A stretch of DNA of 24,000 nucleotides from Nitrososphaeraceae archaeon (GCA_036522495.1 DATDFS010000255.1:1-24000), one strand, 5' to 3'; shown: positions 1 through 10,570, counted from the first letter of the stretch. Numbers and translations are program-made. Notes: generated by a model not told the origin, from the letters alone.

Positions 1-1
1 T

Positions 2-61
2 GTAGCTGAAATGTACAAACTAGCTCTAGAAGGCAAGTTGTATAGTAGATCCATCCCATAA
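2..61 (+). CDS. 3' terminal fragment of an unidentified CDS entering from upstream of the window
   Basis: Frame 2 is open from the window edge and reads VAEMYKLALEGKLYSRSIP, then TAA at 59-61. A T-rich tract follows at about 115-135. Too short to assign a product. Confidence 0.3.
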   Translation, partial: VAEMYKLALEGKLYSRSIP

Positions 62-342
62 GATGGCAGCAACAGCAGATACTTCAAAAATTGAATTGGT
101 CTTGATAGGCCATCTTTCTTTTTTATTTTATTTTATTATATTTATTAGAATATCCCATTTTGAGTTGTTGGGGTTTAGGACAGGCATATAACGAAAATGT
201 GATCTACATATAATAGTATGTGTGGAGGCAGAAGCAGACCGCATCAATTAAGCTTTAAATTGGTTAAATGTAGTTGTAAAATCTGTGCTGGATAAGACTA
301 AAACAGCAAAATTTAAAAGCGTATGTTTTGATTCTATAATTA

Positions 343-642
343 ATGACTTTACCTAAAGGATATGGTGGCGGTGGACGTGGAGGAGGCGGTGCTGGTCAAG
401 GCCGAGACGATATTGAACGGATGATCGGCCGCAGGGTTGAAAACATGAAAGGCGTTTACGTATTAGGCTTTGCACTGTGTTGGGCAGCGACTGCAGGTGG
501 AATTTATGTAGGTGTAACGGTCTATCCTTGGGCATATCCGTTGCCAAGTGGCCTTTATGCACTCTCTGTCCTCACAGTAATTGAAGCACTGGGTTTCTTC
601 TTCATTATGAAGATTGTAGGCGAAAAAACGATTCGTGCATAA
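343..642 (+). CDS. Small (99 aa) membrane protein with a Gly/Arg-rich N-terminus and two predicted TM helices; candidate AmoX-like AMO-associated subunit
   Basis: ATG ORF with an A/T-rich TATA-like element (atttaaaag, 311-319) about 28 nt upstream of the ATG. N-terminus reads GYGGGGRGGGGAGQGR. Two hydrophobic segments follow (GVYVLGFALCWAATAGGIYVGVTVY and LYALSVLTVIEALGFFFIMKIV). GC content is clearly above the flanks. It lies on the same strand as amoA and upstream of it. The AmoX assignment rests only on size, membrane character and position (amoX is normally next to amoA in AOA), not on a remembered alignment. Confidence 0.55.
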   Translation: MTLPKGYGGGGRGGGGAGQGRDDIERMIGRRVENMKGVYVLGFALCWAATAGGIYVGVTVYPWAYPLPSGLYALSVLTVIEALGFFFIMKIVGEKTIRA

Positions 643-994
643 GCATTCTTATATTTTTTGTTTGATCCAAAGATTTTGTTTATAGACAATATGCTTGAGC
701 CTTAGCCATTCTTATGCACCATTATACCAATACATACCCTGTATAGATAGGCTTGTTTCCAAATTTTGTGAGTTGTTTAAAAACTGGTTAGTATATGAAG
801 AGCGTTCTTTCACTTGATAAATGAAATATCAAATAGACATGTAAACTTGGTTCATAAGCTGACCATAACCAATAATGTAACTTTTCGTCAACAAATATTT
901 CTTGATTTTAGTTTTCCCACTACAAACATTTTTGCATCAATTTCCAAATAGCTACATGTAGTGTTATTCTTCTCATAATTGATTCTAACTAATT

Positions 995-1674
995 GGTTCT
1001 AACGACTTAGATGCAAATCTATAACTCCTGGAATTAAAATACAAGTAAAGCCCATATACTTTTCAGATCTATCAATAAGAAAAGTATCACAACAGCACTC
1101 GTCTCCCTTTATAAAAAGGAACCATGTATTCATATGGAATTGTATTCAGCACTACAAGCCAGAAAAGCTATTCCATAGAAAAAGAAGAATTTATGAATTT
1201 ATAATCAATGAAACTCCAATCAAAGTAGGAACTGAATTATTAGTTGGATATAGATATGGATTGAAATTGAACTAAAAGATAAGATAAGACAATTTTTATA
1301 ATACATATCTTATGATGAAAGAAACATGCATGCTTATTGCAGAAGAACAATTCATGCGGTCATTAGTAAGAAAATATGGAAAACATCTAGGTTCAACTGA
1401 TGGTGGCGATACCTGGTATCCATCATCCATCCACTGGCCTGAAAATTTTTGAAATTAAAACATATCACATTCACTCTTCTTTTAAGAAAAGTATCATTGA
1501 ACGTACAATCCAACATATTAAAGATAGAACTGAAGGTTTCGATGACTGCTTTCCATGCAGAAAAGAAAAGACCAGTGTAGATTACAGAATATAGTCGATT
1601 GATTGAATCCGTTTATTTATATGCATAACAAGGAAATTACTGAGAAACGGGTATATAGTTAACTGAACAGAGCC
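995..1674 (+). mobile_element. Decayed insertion sequence remnant (IS6-family-like), about 680 bp, between the amoX candidate and amoA
   Basis: Encloses the frameshifted transposase reading frames. Possible degenerate terminal inverted repeats: GGTTCTAACGACTTAG at 995-1010 versus the reverse complement of 1659-1674, GGCTCTGTTCAGTTAA (9/16 matches, both starting GGyTCT). The boundaries are approximate. Confidence 0.5.
1003..1662 (+). pseudogene. DDE transposase pseudogene (IS6-like), at least 3 frame disruptions, no usable start codon
   Basis: Segment 1 (1003-1272) is open but lacks a start codon: ...ITPGIKIQVKPIYFSDLSIRKVSQQHSSPFIKRNHVFIWNCIQHYKPEKLFHRKRRIYEFIINETPIKVGTELL. Segment 2 (1312-1452) is in another frame: ERNMLIAEEQFMRSLVRKYGKHLGSTDGG.TWYP. 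Segment 3 is the track ORF 1400-1594: LKIFEIKTYHIHSSFKKSIIERTIQHIKDRTEGFDDCFPCRKEK. Segment 4 (1603-1662): LNPFIYMHNKEITEKRVYS. The order (D/N)ET..IKV, TDGG and IIER...K.RT matches the D-D-E layout of IS6-type transposases. The first Asp now reads Asn. Confidence 0.7.
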
Positions 1675-1685
1675 GATCAATCTGA

Positions 1686-1700
1686 ATAAAATTTTATATA
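1686..1700 (+). promoter_or_regulatory. Putative BRE/TATA element of amoA
   Basis: ATAAAATTTTATATA is centred about 29 nt upstream of the amoA ATG (1725). That spacing fits an archaeal TATA box driving a leaderless or very short-leader mRNA. It lies only about 12 nt from the right end of the IS remnant. Confidence 0.45.
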
Positions 1701-1724
1701 CAACATCATAGAGTAGTTTTGGTA

Positions 1725-2375
1725 ATGGTCTGGCTTAGACGTACAACGCACTATCTATTCATAGTTGTAGTTGCAGTAAACAGCACGCTATTGACAATTA
1801 ATGCAGGGGACTATATCTTCTACACAGACTGGGCTTGGACTTCATTTGTGGTGTTTTCGATTTCACAATCGACTATGCTTGCAGTAGGGGCCATATACTA
1901 TATGCTCTTTACAGGTGTTCCAGGAACCGCTACATACTATGCAACCATTATGACAATCTACACATGGGTTGCAAAGGGCGCGTGGTTTGCATTAGGATAC
2001 CCAATGGACTTCGTTACAGTACCAATATGGATACCCTCGGCAATGTTGTTGGATCTTACATATTGGGCTACAAGGCGCAATAAACACGCCGCCATTATCA
2101 TTGGTGGAACTTTAATTGGCCTTTCGCTCCCAATGTTCAACATGATAAATCTATTGCTGATAAGGGACCCGCTGGAGGTTGCATTCAAGTATCCAAGACC
2201 CACACTTCCTCCCTATATGACACCAATTGAGCCCCAGGTCGGTAAATTCTACAACAGTCCTGTAGCATTGGGTTCAGGTGCAGGAGCAGTATTAACAGTG
2301 CCAATAGCGGCATTAGGTGCAAAACTGAACACGTGGACTTACAGATGGATGGCCGCATGGAGTAAATGGGACTAA
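1725..2375 (+). CDS. amoA: Ammonia monooxygenase subunit A (archaeal AmoA), 216 aa
   Basis: The translation MVWLRRTTHYLFIVVVAVNSTLLTINAGDYIFYTDWAWTSF...KYPRPTLPPYMTPIEPQVGKFYNSPVALG...NTWTYRWMAAWSKWD is the highly conserved archaeal AmoA sequence recalled from Nitrososphaera and Nitrosopumilus. The track ORF begins at a TTG at 1719. The ATG at 1725 gives the canonical MVWLRR N-terminus. Confidence 0.97.
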   Translation: MVWLRRTTHYLFIVVVAVNSTLLTINAGDYIFYTDWAWTSFVVFSISQSTMLAVGAIYYMLFTGVPGTATYYATIMTIYTWVAKGAWFALGYPMDFVTVPIWIPSAMLLDLTYWATRRNKHAAIIIGGTLIGLSLPMFNMINLLLIRDPLEVAFKYPRPTLPPYMTPIEPQVGKFYNSPVALGSGAGAVLTVPIAALGAKLNTWTYRWMAAWSKWD

Positions 2376-2383
2376 ATCCCCAA

Positions 2384-2398
2384 TTTTCTTTTGTTTTT
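2384..2398 (+). terminator. Oligo-T termination signal after amoA
   Basis: TTTTCTTTTGTTTTT starts 9 nt after the amoA stop codon. Archaeal RNA polymerase terminates at oligo-T tracts. Confidence 0.45.
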
Positions 2399-2532
2399 GA
2401 ATAGATAAGCAAAACCTTGTTTGCCAGAAAGTATTATGGTATGCAAAAAATGACGCGTAGTAGTGTGCATCGAAGTATAACGAAATAATAAGCAAAATAG
2501 AAATTAAAAGTCAGAGATCATGTTTACATATC

Positions 2533-5464
<2,932 letters not shown>

Positions 5465-5509
5465 TATCAAAGTACTCTTCCTTTTCCTGCTTTTAATGCT
5501 TTAGAATTC

Positions 5510-5534
5510 AAACGAAAATCGAGCTTTAACTCGA
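5510..5534 (-). terminator. Hairpin plus T-tract immediately after the Cys-rich small ORF
   Basis: Minus strand reads TCGAG-TTAAAG-CTCGA followed by TTTTCGTTT, starting right after the stop codon at 5535-5537. It may separate or attenuate the small ORF from the oxidoreductase operon. Confidence 0.3.
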
Positions 5535-5690
5535 TTATCCTCCACCCGTAACTGCATCATACAGACAACACTCACAGGCCTCTCTCTCGCCGCAATATGG
5601 ACATGCACACATACATGCCTCTAACGGGTTTCCACAATTATCACAACTAGTTCCATCTTCACCACTAACAGTTCGAGTACTATCCGCCAA
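5535..5690 (-). CDS. Unannotated 51-aa cysteine-rich small protein (9 Cys), TTG start, C-terminal GGG
   Basis: Hand translation of the minus strand gives (M)ADSTRTVSGEDGTSCDNCGNPLEACMCACPYCGEREACECCLYDAVTGGG*. It is below the 60-aa cutoff of the track. The segment is a clear GC-rich island inside very AT-rich spacer. An in-frame stop lies 9 codons upstream, so TTG at 5690 is the first available start; an internal ATG sits at codon 27. It lies on the same strand as the oxidoreductase, 70 nt upstream of it. Confidence 0.4.
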   Translation of the reverse strand: MADSTRTVSGEDGTSCDNCGNPLEACMCACPYCGEREACECCLYDAVTGGG

Positions 5691-5870
5691 ATTATTGCAA
5701 GATATTGTATTTTCTTTAACTTATTATACTTTACATATTATTATAGAAGCATAATTTTATTCTAATTCTAGACACATAGTACGTATCCATCATGGAACAT
5801 ATTTGATGTATCAAAAAGCATCAATAAGAAAAACTAATAACTAAATACAACGTTCTAAGAATTGAGATCC

Positions 5871-6842
5871 ATGACAATATCTCTCGTTGCAACTGAACTT
5901 GGGTCCAAGGGTATCAAGTTCACAGCTTTTGAAAATACCCATATTGTTCGAGGAACTAGTCTAGTCAAACGTGGTTTTGCCCATATGCAAAAGCATGGCG
6001 TAATTATGGATGTCACCAATGTTGAGCAAGCACAGATCGCTGAAGATGCTGGTGCAGTTGCTGTTATGGTCTTAGACAAACTACCGTACGATGTAAGAAA
6101 GGCAGGAGGTGTTGCCAGGACTGCTAGTATTAAGGTAATCAACGATATCATGGATGCCATTACTATTCCCATAATGGCAAAATGTAGAATTGGGCATGTT
6201 TCAGAAGCTAAAGTATTGGAATCAACTGGCGTAGATATGATAGACGAGAGTGAAGTTTTGACTCCTGCAGACGAAGTACGGCATATTTGGAAGTGGGATT
6301 ATACAACACCCTTTGTCAATGGTGCAAAGAACCTTGGCGAGGCTTTAAGAAGAATTGAAGAAGGATGTGCAATGATTAGAACAAAGGGTGAGCCAGGAAC
6401 TGGTAATGTTGCTGAAGCTGTTACCCATATTAAGATGGTAAATAATGAAATCCGAATGATTCGCTCAATATATCAAGATCAAGATTATCAAGAATTGATA
6501 AAATTCTCAAGAGAGCTAAAAGTTTCTTTTTCATTGGTTGAAGAAACTGCCCGACTAGGCAGGCTACCTGTAGTAAATTTTGCAGCAGGTGGAGTTTCTA
6601 CTCCTGCAGATGCAGCATTTTTAATGAATCTAGGATGCGATGGTGTATTTGTGGGATCTGGTATTTTTAAGGCAGATGATGCATCTCAGCGAGCAAGGGC
6701 AGTAGTACTTGCTACCACGTACTTTGATAATCCAAAGGTTGTTGTTGAGGCGCAGAAAATGGTTGATGAGAAAAAATCTATTCTTGGGCTTGATACAAAG
6801 AATCTCGAATTAAAAATGCAGGAACGAGGTCCTTCTACTTGA
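5871..6842 (+). CDS. pdxS: Pyridoxal 5'-phosphate synthase, lyase subunit PdxS
   Basis: [58 protein letters not shown] and [13 protein letters not shown] are classic PdxS/SNZ motifs. The track start is a TTG at 5862; the ATG at 5871 is preferred. Confidence 0.95.
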   Translation: MTISLVATELGSKGIKFTAFENTHIVRGTSLVKRGFAHMQKHGVIMDVTNVEQAQIAEDAGAVAVMVLDKLPYDVRKAGGVARTASIKVINDIMDAITIPIMAKCRIGHVSEAKVLESTGVDMIDESEVLTPADEVRHIWKWDYTTPFVNGAKNLGEALRRIEEGCAMIRTKGEPGTGNVAEAVTHIKMVNNEIRMIRSIYQDQDYQELIKFSRELKVSFSLVEETARLGRLPVVNFAAGGVSTPADAAFLMNLGCDGVFVGSGIFKADDASQRARAVVLATTYFDNPKVVVEAQKMVDEKKSILGLDTKNLELKMQERGPST

Positions 6843-7474
6843 AGGGTGAAGTCACAATCGGAGTAATTGGAGTTCAGGGAGATATTGAAGAGAATATAGC
6901 TGCCACCAAAGAAGCATTAAAACATATGCAATTAAAGGGTACTGTGGAACCTGTTCGCTATTCTGAAGAGATTGAAAAAGTGGATAGTCTAATCTTACCT
7001 GGCGGTGAAAGCACTGTGATTAGCACTCTAACTGCAATACAAGGAGGAACGCTCCAGACTATAAGAAGACTTGTGTCTAATGGCATGCCTATAATGGGAA
7101 CTTGTGCTGGGATGATTATGCTTTCAAAACGTGCTTATGATAGAGTAGTAGGGGAAACTAAACAACAACTAATGGGTAATTTGGATATTGTTGTTGAACG
7201 AAATGCATTTGGAAGACAGAACGATTCGTTTGAGGCTGATCTTGAAATATCTACTCTTGGAAAGAATACATTCAAGGGCATCTTTATTAGATCTCCTATA
7301 GTAAGAGAAGTTGGAGATAGGGTAGATAAAATAGCTGAATTTAATAATAAAATTGTTGCAGTAAAACAACAGAATATTATCGGTACTGCTTTCCATCCGG
7401 AATTGTCTGGAGACGATAGACTCCACAGATATTTCATCAACATAGTAATAGATTTCAAGAAAAAGCAGCAATAA
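6839..7474 (+). CDS. pdxT: Pyridoxal 5'-phosphate synthase, glutaminase subunit PdxT
   Basis: [28 protein letters not shown] (catalytic Cys) and AFHPEL (His/Glu) motifs. The TTG start overlaps the pdxS stop by 4 nt (TTGA), the typical pdxST coupling. Confidence 0.9.
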   Translation: MKGEVTIGVIGVQGDIEENIAATKEALKHMQLKGTVEPVRYSEEIEKVDSLILPGGESTVISTLTAIQGGTLQTIRRLVSNGMPIMGTCAGMIMLSKRAYDRVVGETKQQLMGNLDIVVERNAFGRQNDSFEADLEISTLGKNTFKGIFIRSPIVREVGDRVDKIAEFNNKIVAVKQQNIIGTAFHPELSGDDRLHRYFINIVIDFKKKQQ

Positions 7475-7482
7475 TAAAAAGG

Positions 7483-7602
7483 TGCGGGGGGTGGGATTCG
7501 AACCCACGAACCCCTAAGGGACGGGATCACCCATTTGAGATCTTAAGTCCCGCGTCTCCAATTTTCTTATACGCCTATTTGGCCAGGCTCTACGACCCCC
7601 GC
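7483..7602 (-). tRNA. tRNA-Leu (anticodon TAA) with two inserts: about 19 nt near position 26/27 and 14 nt at canonical 37/38
   Basis: Minus strand: GCGGGGG TC GTAG AGCCTGGCCAAAT AGGC G [TATAAGAAAATTGGAGACG] CGGGA CTTAAG[ATCTCAAATGGGTG]A TCCCG TCCCTTAGGGGTTC GTGGG TTCGAAT CCCAC CCCCCGC A. The acceptor, anticodon and T stems are perfect, and the long variable arm fits Leu. The D stem is weak (G-C, U-G, then A/G mismatch). The mature length would be 87 nt. Confidence 0.75.
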
Positions 7603-7709
7603 TTAGCCCTACAAGCCGACTTAACAGAGATACTGTAATTAAACCTTACAAGAGATGCACAGATACCTTAATGAACCCCTATATTCATGTTGAATGCTTG
7701 AAGACATTT

Positions 7710-7783
7710 GCCTTGGTAGCTCAGCCTGGTAGAGCGTTGCCTTGGTAAGGCAAAGGTCGCGGGTCCAAGTCCCGCTCAAGGCT
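7710..7783 (+). tRNA. tRNA-Thr (anticodon GGT), intron-less
   Basis: GCCTTGG TA GCTC AGCCTGGTA GAGC G TTGCC TTGGTAA GGCAA AGGTC GCGGG TCCAAGT CCCGC TCAAGGC T. All four stems pair, with one G-U at 7:66. The T loop reads UCCAAGU rather than the usual UUCRAAU. Confidence 0.9.
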
Positions 7784-8231
7784 CCCCTTCTCTCCTTAAA
7801 GGAGCAAGGATCTGTCTTATCTCCAGTTTTAACAATCCTACCAAACTCAGTAAGACCTAGGCCTTAGGGTGTTAGAAACTTCCCTCAGTTACGGAACCAC
7901 TCTTTTATTCCAGGTAGTTCTATTGCAACAACTATACCTCTAATATTTAGTGTTCTGGAACAAATGAAGTCATGACTTCCAATGGTCAGAGCATGACATG
8001 ACACAGGAAAGGACAACTGAAAAGCTTGTTTCTCCTCTGCACACAATATATGTAGAGAATCATACATAACAGAGAAAACTTATGCTGATCCATCTGATAT
8101 ATCTTTTATCTACTTCTATATGTATCTGATAATGCTAATTGAGGATTCTCAAATATATCAACTGCAAATCATGATCTTCTACCTATGTTAAAAACTAAAG
8201 TAATGTCAGGTTCGTTATCTACAAGCAAAAT

Positions 8232-8260
8232 TATCGCCATGCTTACAAAATATGGCGATA
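8232..8260. repeat. Perfect 9-bp inverted repeat TATCGCCAT-N11-ATGGCGATA
   Basis: Read directly from the sequence. It lies in the gene-poor spacer about 110 bp downstream of the 57-aa ORF at 8367-8540. Operator-like or small hairpin. Confidence 0.5.
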
Positions 8261-8366
8261 GTGTTTTCTATTATTGACATTAATATCTCGAACTCCACTT
8301 ATTTCAGACCATCATCGTCTTCTTAAAAATTAGTGTCCATATATACACAATAGTCGCTTCCTTAAA

Positions 8367-8540
8367 TTAAAGGCATTGTAACTCATCAATAACGTCATTA
8401 ATCAATAATACTTCATACGTCAACTGTTTATGCTTTCGTAGGATTCTATGCTTCAATGTTCTAATGTAAGTATTGGTATATTTTGCTATACAGCCTTTTC
8501 TTAAGTCTTTTAAGAATTGCAATTCTGCTTTACTTAACAC
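8367..8540 (-). CDS. Unannotated 57-aa basic helical protein, possible small DNA-binding (HTH-like) regulator, GTG start
   Basis: Hand translation gives VLSKAELQFLKDLRKGCIAKYTNTYIRTLKHRILRKHKQLTYEVLLINDVIDELQCL*. An in-frame stop lies 7 codons upstream, and GTG is the first start codon. The pattern LS..E..FL....Y.R.L.HRI..K resembles small archaeal regulators by recall only. Below the track cutoff. Confidence 0.35.
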   Translation of the reverse strand: MLSKAELQFLKDLRKGCIAKYTNTYIRTLKHRILRKHKQLTYEVLLINDVIDELQCL

Positions 8541-8637
8541 TATAGTATTTACTAGAGTTTAATTTCTACTAATACATTACTATATACTGCAACGTTAATC
8601 TAATGTCAGTCGATACGGCTTTGTTCACTTAGCTCAA

Positions 8638-8681
8638 GTGTTCTATTTCTCTTATAACACCATTCAAAAGGAATAGAACAC
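8638..8681. repeat. Perfect 10-bp inverted repeat GTGTTCTATT-N24-AATAGAACAC
   Basis: Read directly from the sequence. It could form a hairpin on either strand. No associated gene. Confidence 0.5.
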
Positions 8682-9637
8682 CTTCAGAATATATCTACTA
8701 TGCATAACGGTTATACATTTCAGGTCTGTCATTAAGAAGACATCGATAAGATATCTACCAAAAATCAATTCTTCTGCTAAATCCGATATAAACTTGGATA
8801 ATTATATAAACAAAACATGGAAAGCTGAGTGACAGATGGGTTTCCCGTCATCGTTCTAGTGATACATTTGAATAAATACTTGAAGATATGCCTAATATCC
8901 TCTGCCTTTTAGCCAAGAAAGCTTTGTTGATAAATCTAATTGTGGCAGTGCATAAATCAGAGCTAATGCAAAAGAATCGAATACTAAGACAATTTACAAT
9001 AATGCCATAAGTTGGCCCTTGTTGTTAGTAATAAGATCTGCTAAATAAGTGTTCTATTATTAATTATAATTCTTAGTAGGTAATCTAAAGCCAAGAACCA
9101 CCTGCTATACATAAGAACTGCATGTTCAAATGTTACAAAAATCTATCCACTAGAATATGATTTTTATATTGGTAAATGCAATATTTATATGAAATCGTTT
9201 TTATATGTAGAAGAATTATGATATAATTTACAAATAATCGTGTAGGTCTTGTGGAACCTATCTGAAGCCTGTGTATTTTGCGAGGTTTGTAGCGAACAAA
9301 TTTCGGATATGTGGCAACTGTGAGAGAATGTATATAATGTAACGCATATACATCATTGTTGCAGAACAGGTTACAAAGGAAAGGAAGAAGTTATCAGCAG
9401 AGGACAGTTGTGCGAACGATATCAGTTACTGGCCTGGTAATTTGCTCCCTTTACCAACTTAAGAAGGTCTTCCCTTCAATTAAAATTATACTTATTCTCA
9501 TTTTATCTATTCCCATTTTTATGGCCGTTATGGCAAGGAAATTCGAACTGCGTTATTTCTAAACCCTGGATTAATATGTGCTAAAGGAGGACACAATATT
9601 TTTATGCAAAATAATTTAGTAACATTACACAGGTAGA

Positions 9638-10027
9638 GTGGAATCGGCGTCTAATAGCAAAGGTATACTGGTACTTGACGATGATTTTGATATTGTATCG
9701 ATCATTAAGATATCACTTCAAAAAAGACGTTTCAATGTCTTTGCATTTACAGATCCATTCTTAGCACTAGAACACTTTGAACTAAACTCAAAAGATTATG
9801 GATTGGTTCTCTCCGATGTACGAATGCCGGGAATGCCTGGATTTGAATTCATAAGAAGAGTAAGAGAAATGGAGCCTAACGTCAAAATCTTACTAATGTC
9901 AGCGTTCGAAATTAGTGATTCTGAATTTTCAAGAGCTCTACCACCTGCTATTAAAATCGATGGTTTTGTCCAAAAACCAGTTTCGCCCAAGGAACTGGTA
10001 AAGATAATCAAAGATACGCTTACTTAA
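9638..10027 (+). CDS. Stand-alone response-regulator receiver (CheY-like REC) protein
   Basis: ILVLDDDFDIV (acidic pocket), LVLSDVRMPGMPG (phospho-acceptor Asp), ILLMSAF and KP(V) motifs. 129 aa with no output domain. GTG start. Confidence 0.85.
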   Translation: MESASNSKGILVLDDDFDIVSIIKISLQKRRFNVFAFTDPFLALEHFELNSKDYGLVLSDVRMPGMPGFEFIRRVREMEPNVKILLMSAFEISDSEFSRALPPAIKIDGFVQKPVSPKELVKIIKDTLT

Positions 10028-10078
10028 AATCTAAAAAATGTATCTAGATGATTGTAACGATTAAAAGTTGCTTGCCAT

Positions 10079-10570
10079 ATGGATAATTCTGGGATAAAAC
10101 CAATTTGACGAAAGTGTGTCAGCAGATACTATTTTAAAGGAACTAGATCAAACAAAATATGGAGAATATATAATCGTTATTCATCCGCGTATAACTACTC
10201 TGAGTAAAATATATTCCCAGTTACAAAAACCGACTTGTAAATAACAATGAGATAGTTTTGCTTCTTCCATATTATGAAACTCTAAATAATGTTAAAAAAA
10301 TCTATCAGAAAGTAATGGTACTAGTCGTATTGGGATACAAAAGCATGAGAAACAAGGTTCTCTTGTAATAGTTGATGGCGTAAAAGCACATTTTAACTTC
10401 AAGTTAGATACAGATCATTTATCAGAAGACTAGTAAAGAATGCGGAGAATATGGGAAAGAATGGCGTCTATATATTTGTTGACATGGGTTCCTTTTATCA
10501 TTTTTGCCAGACAGATACTTGTTTGTCTATATACATAACAAAATTGTTGTTGAAGCTATGGTCAACTTAA
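10079..10570 (+). pseudogene. Multiply frameshifted MEDS-like (DcmR-type sensory domain) pseudogene downstream of the receiver gene
   Basis: Stitching four frames gives MDNSGIKPI / DESVSADTILKELDQTKYGEYIIVIHPRITTLSKIYSQ / YKNRLVNNNEIVLLLPYYETLNNVKK / NLSESNGTSRIGIQKHEKQGSLVIVDGVKAHFN / FIRRLVKNAENMGKNGVYIFVDMGSFYHFCQTD. The order hIvliY ... NNE.vlll ... G.L.I.D ... G..G..vfvDMg matches my recollection of MEDS domains. At least 4 frameshifts or stops are present. Confidence 0.5.

Noticed and set aside
218-295. 25-codon ORF MCGGRSRPHQLSFKLVKCSCKICAG upstream of the amoX candidate
   Set aside because: It is short enough to arise by chance and overlaps the likely promoter region of the next gene. 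The four cysteines are suggestive but not sufficient.
353-562. 69-aa minus-strand ORF
   Set aside because: It is entirely antisense to the better-supported 343-642 membrane-protein ORF, and its sequence has no protein-like features.
1400-1594. 64-aa plus-strand ORF as an intact small gene
   Set aside because: Only its second half matches a transposase C-terminal region. It is one frame fragment of the IS6-like pseudogene, not an independent gene.
1835-2495. Four track ORFs (1835-2083 +, 1958-2203 -, 2185-2412 -, 2313-2495 -)
   Set aside because: They are alternative-frame or antisense overlaps of amoA, or they lie in its terminator spacer. The amoA frame is unambiguous.
5855-6172. 105-aa minus-strand ORF
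   Set aside because: It is antisense to pdxS, whose identity is certain.
7135-7530. Two minus-strand ORFs (131 and 112 aa)
   Set aside because: They are antisense to pdxT, and they run through the 3' part of the tRNA-Leu(TAA) gene.
7885-8067. 60-aa minus-strand ORF near tRNA-Thr, considered as an integrase fragment
   Set aside because: I found no integrase motif (no R..HxxR..Y pattern), and it sits exactly at the track length cutoff. It is kept only as part of the gene-poor tract finding.
9238-9342. Zinc-ribbon-like frame SCRSCGTYLKPVYFARFVANKFRICGNCERMYIM
   Set aside because: The frame opens right after a stop codon and has no ATG, GTG or TTG before the first CxxC. It may be a relic, but it is not supportable as a gene.
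9356-9562. 68-aa plus-strand ORF
   Set aside because: The translation is basic and low-complexity and then hydrophobic, with no promoter-like context or recognisable motif. It is probably chance in the leader of the receiver gene.
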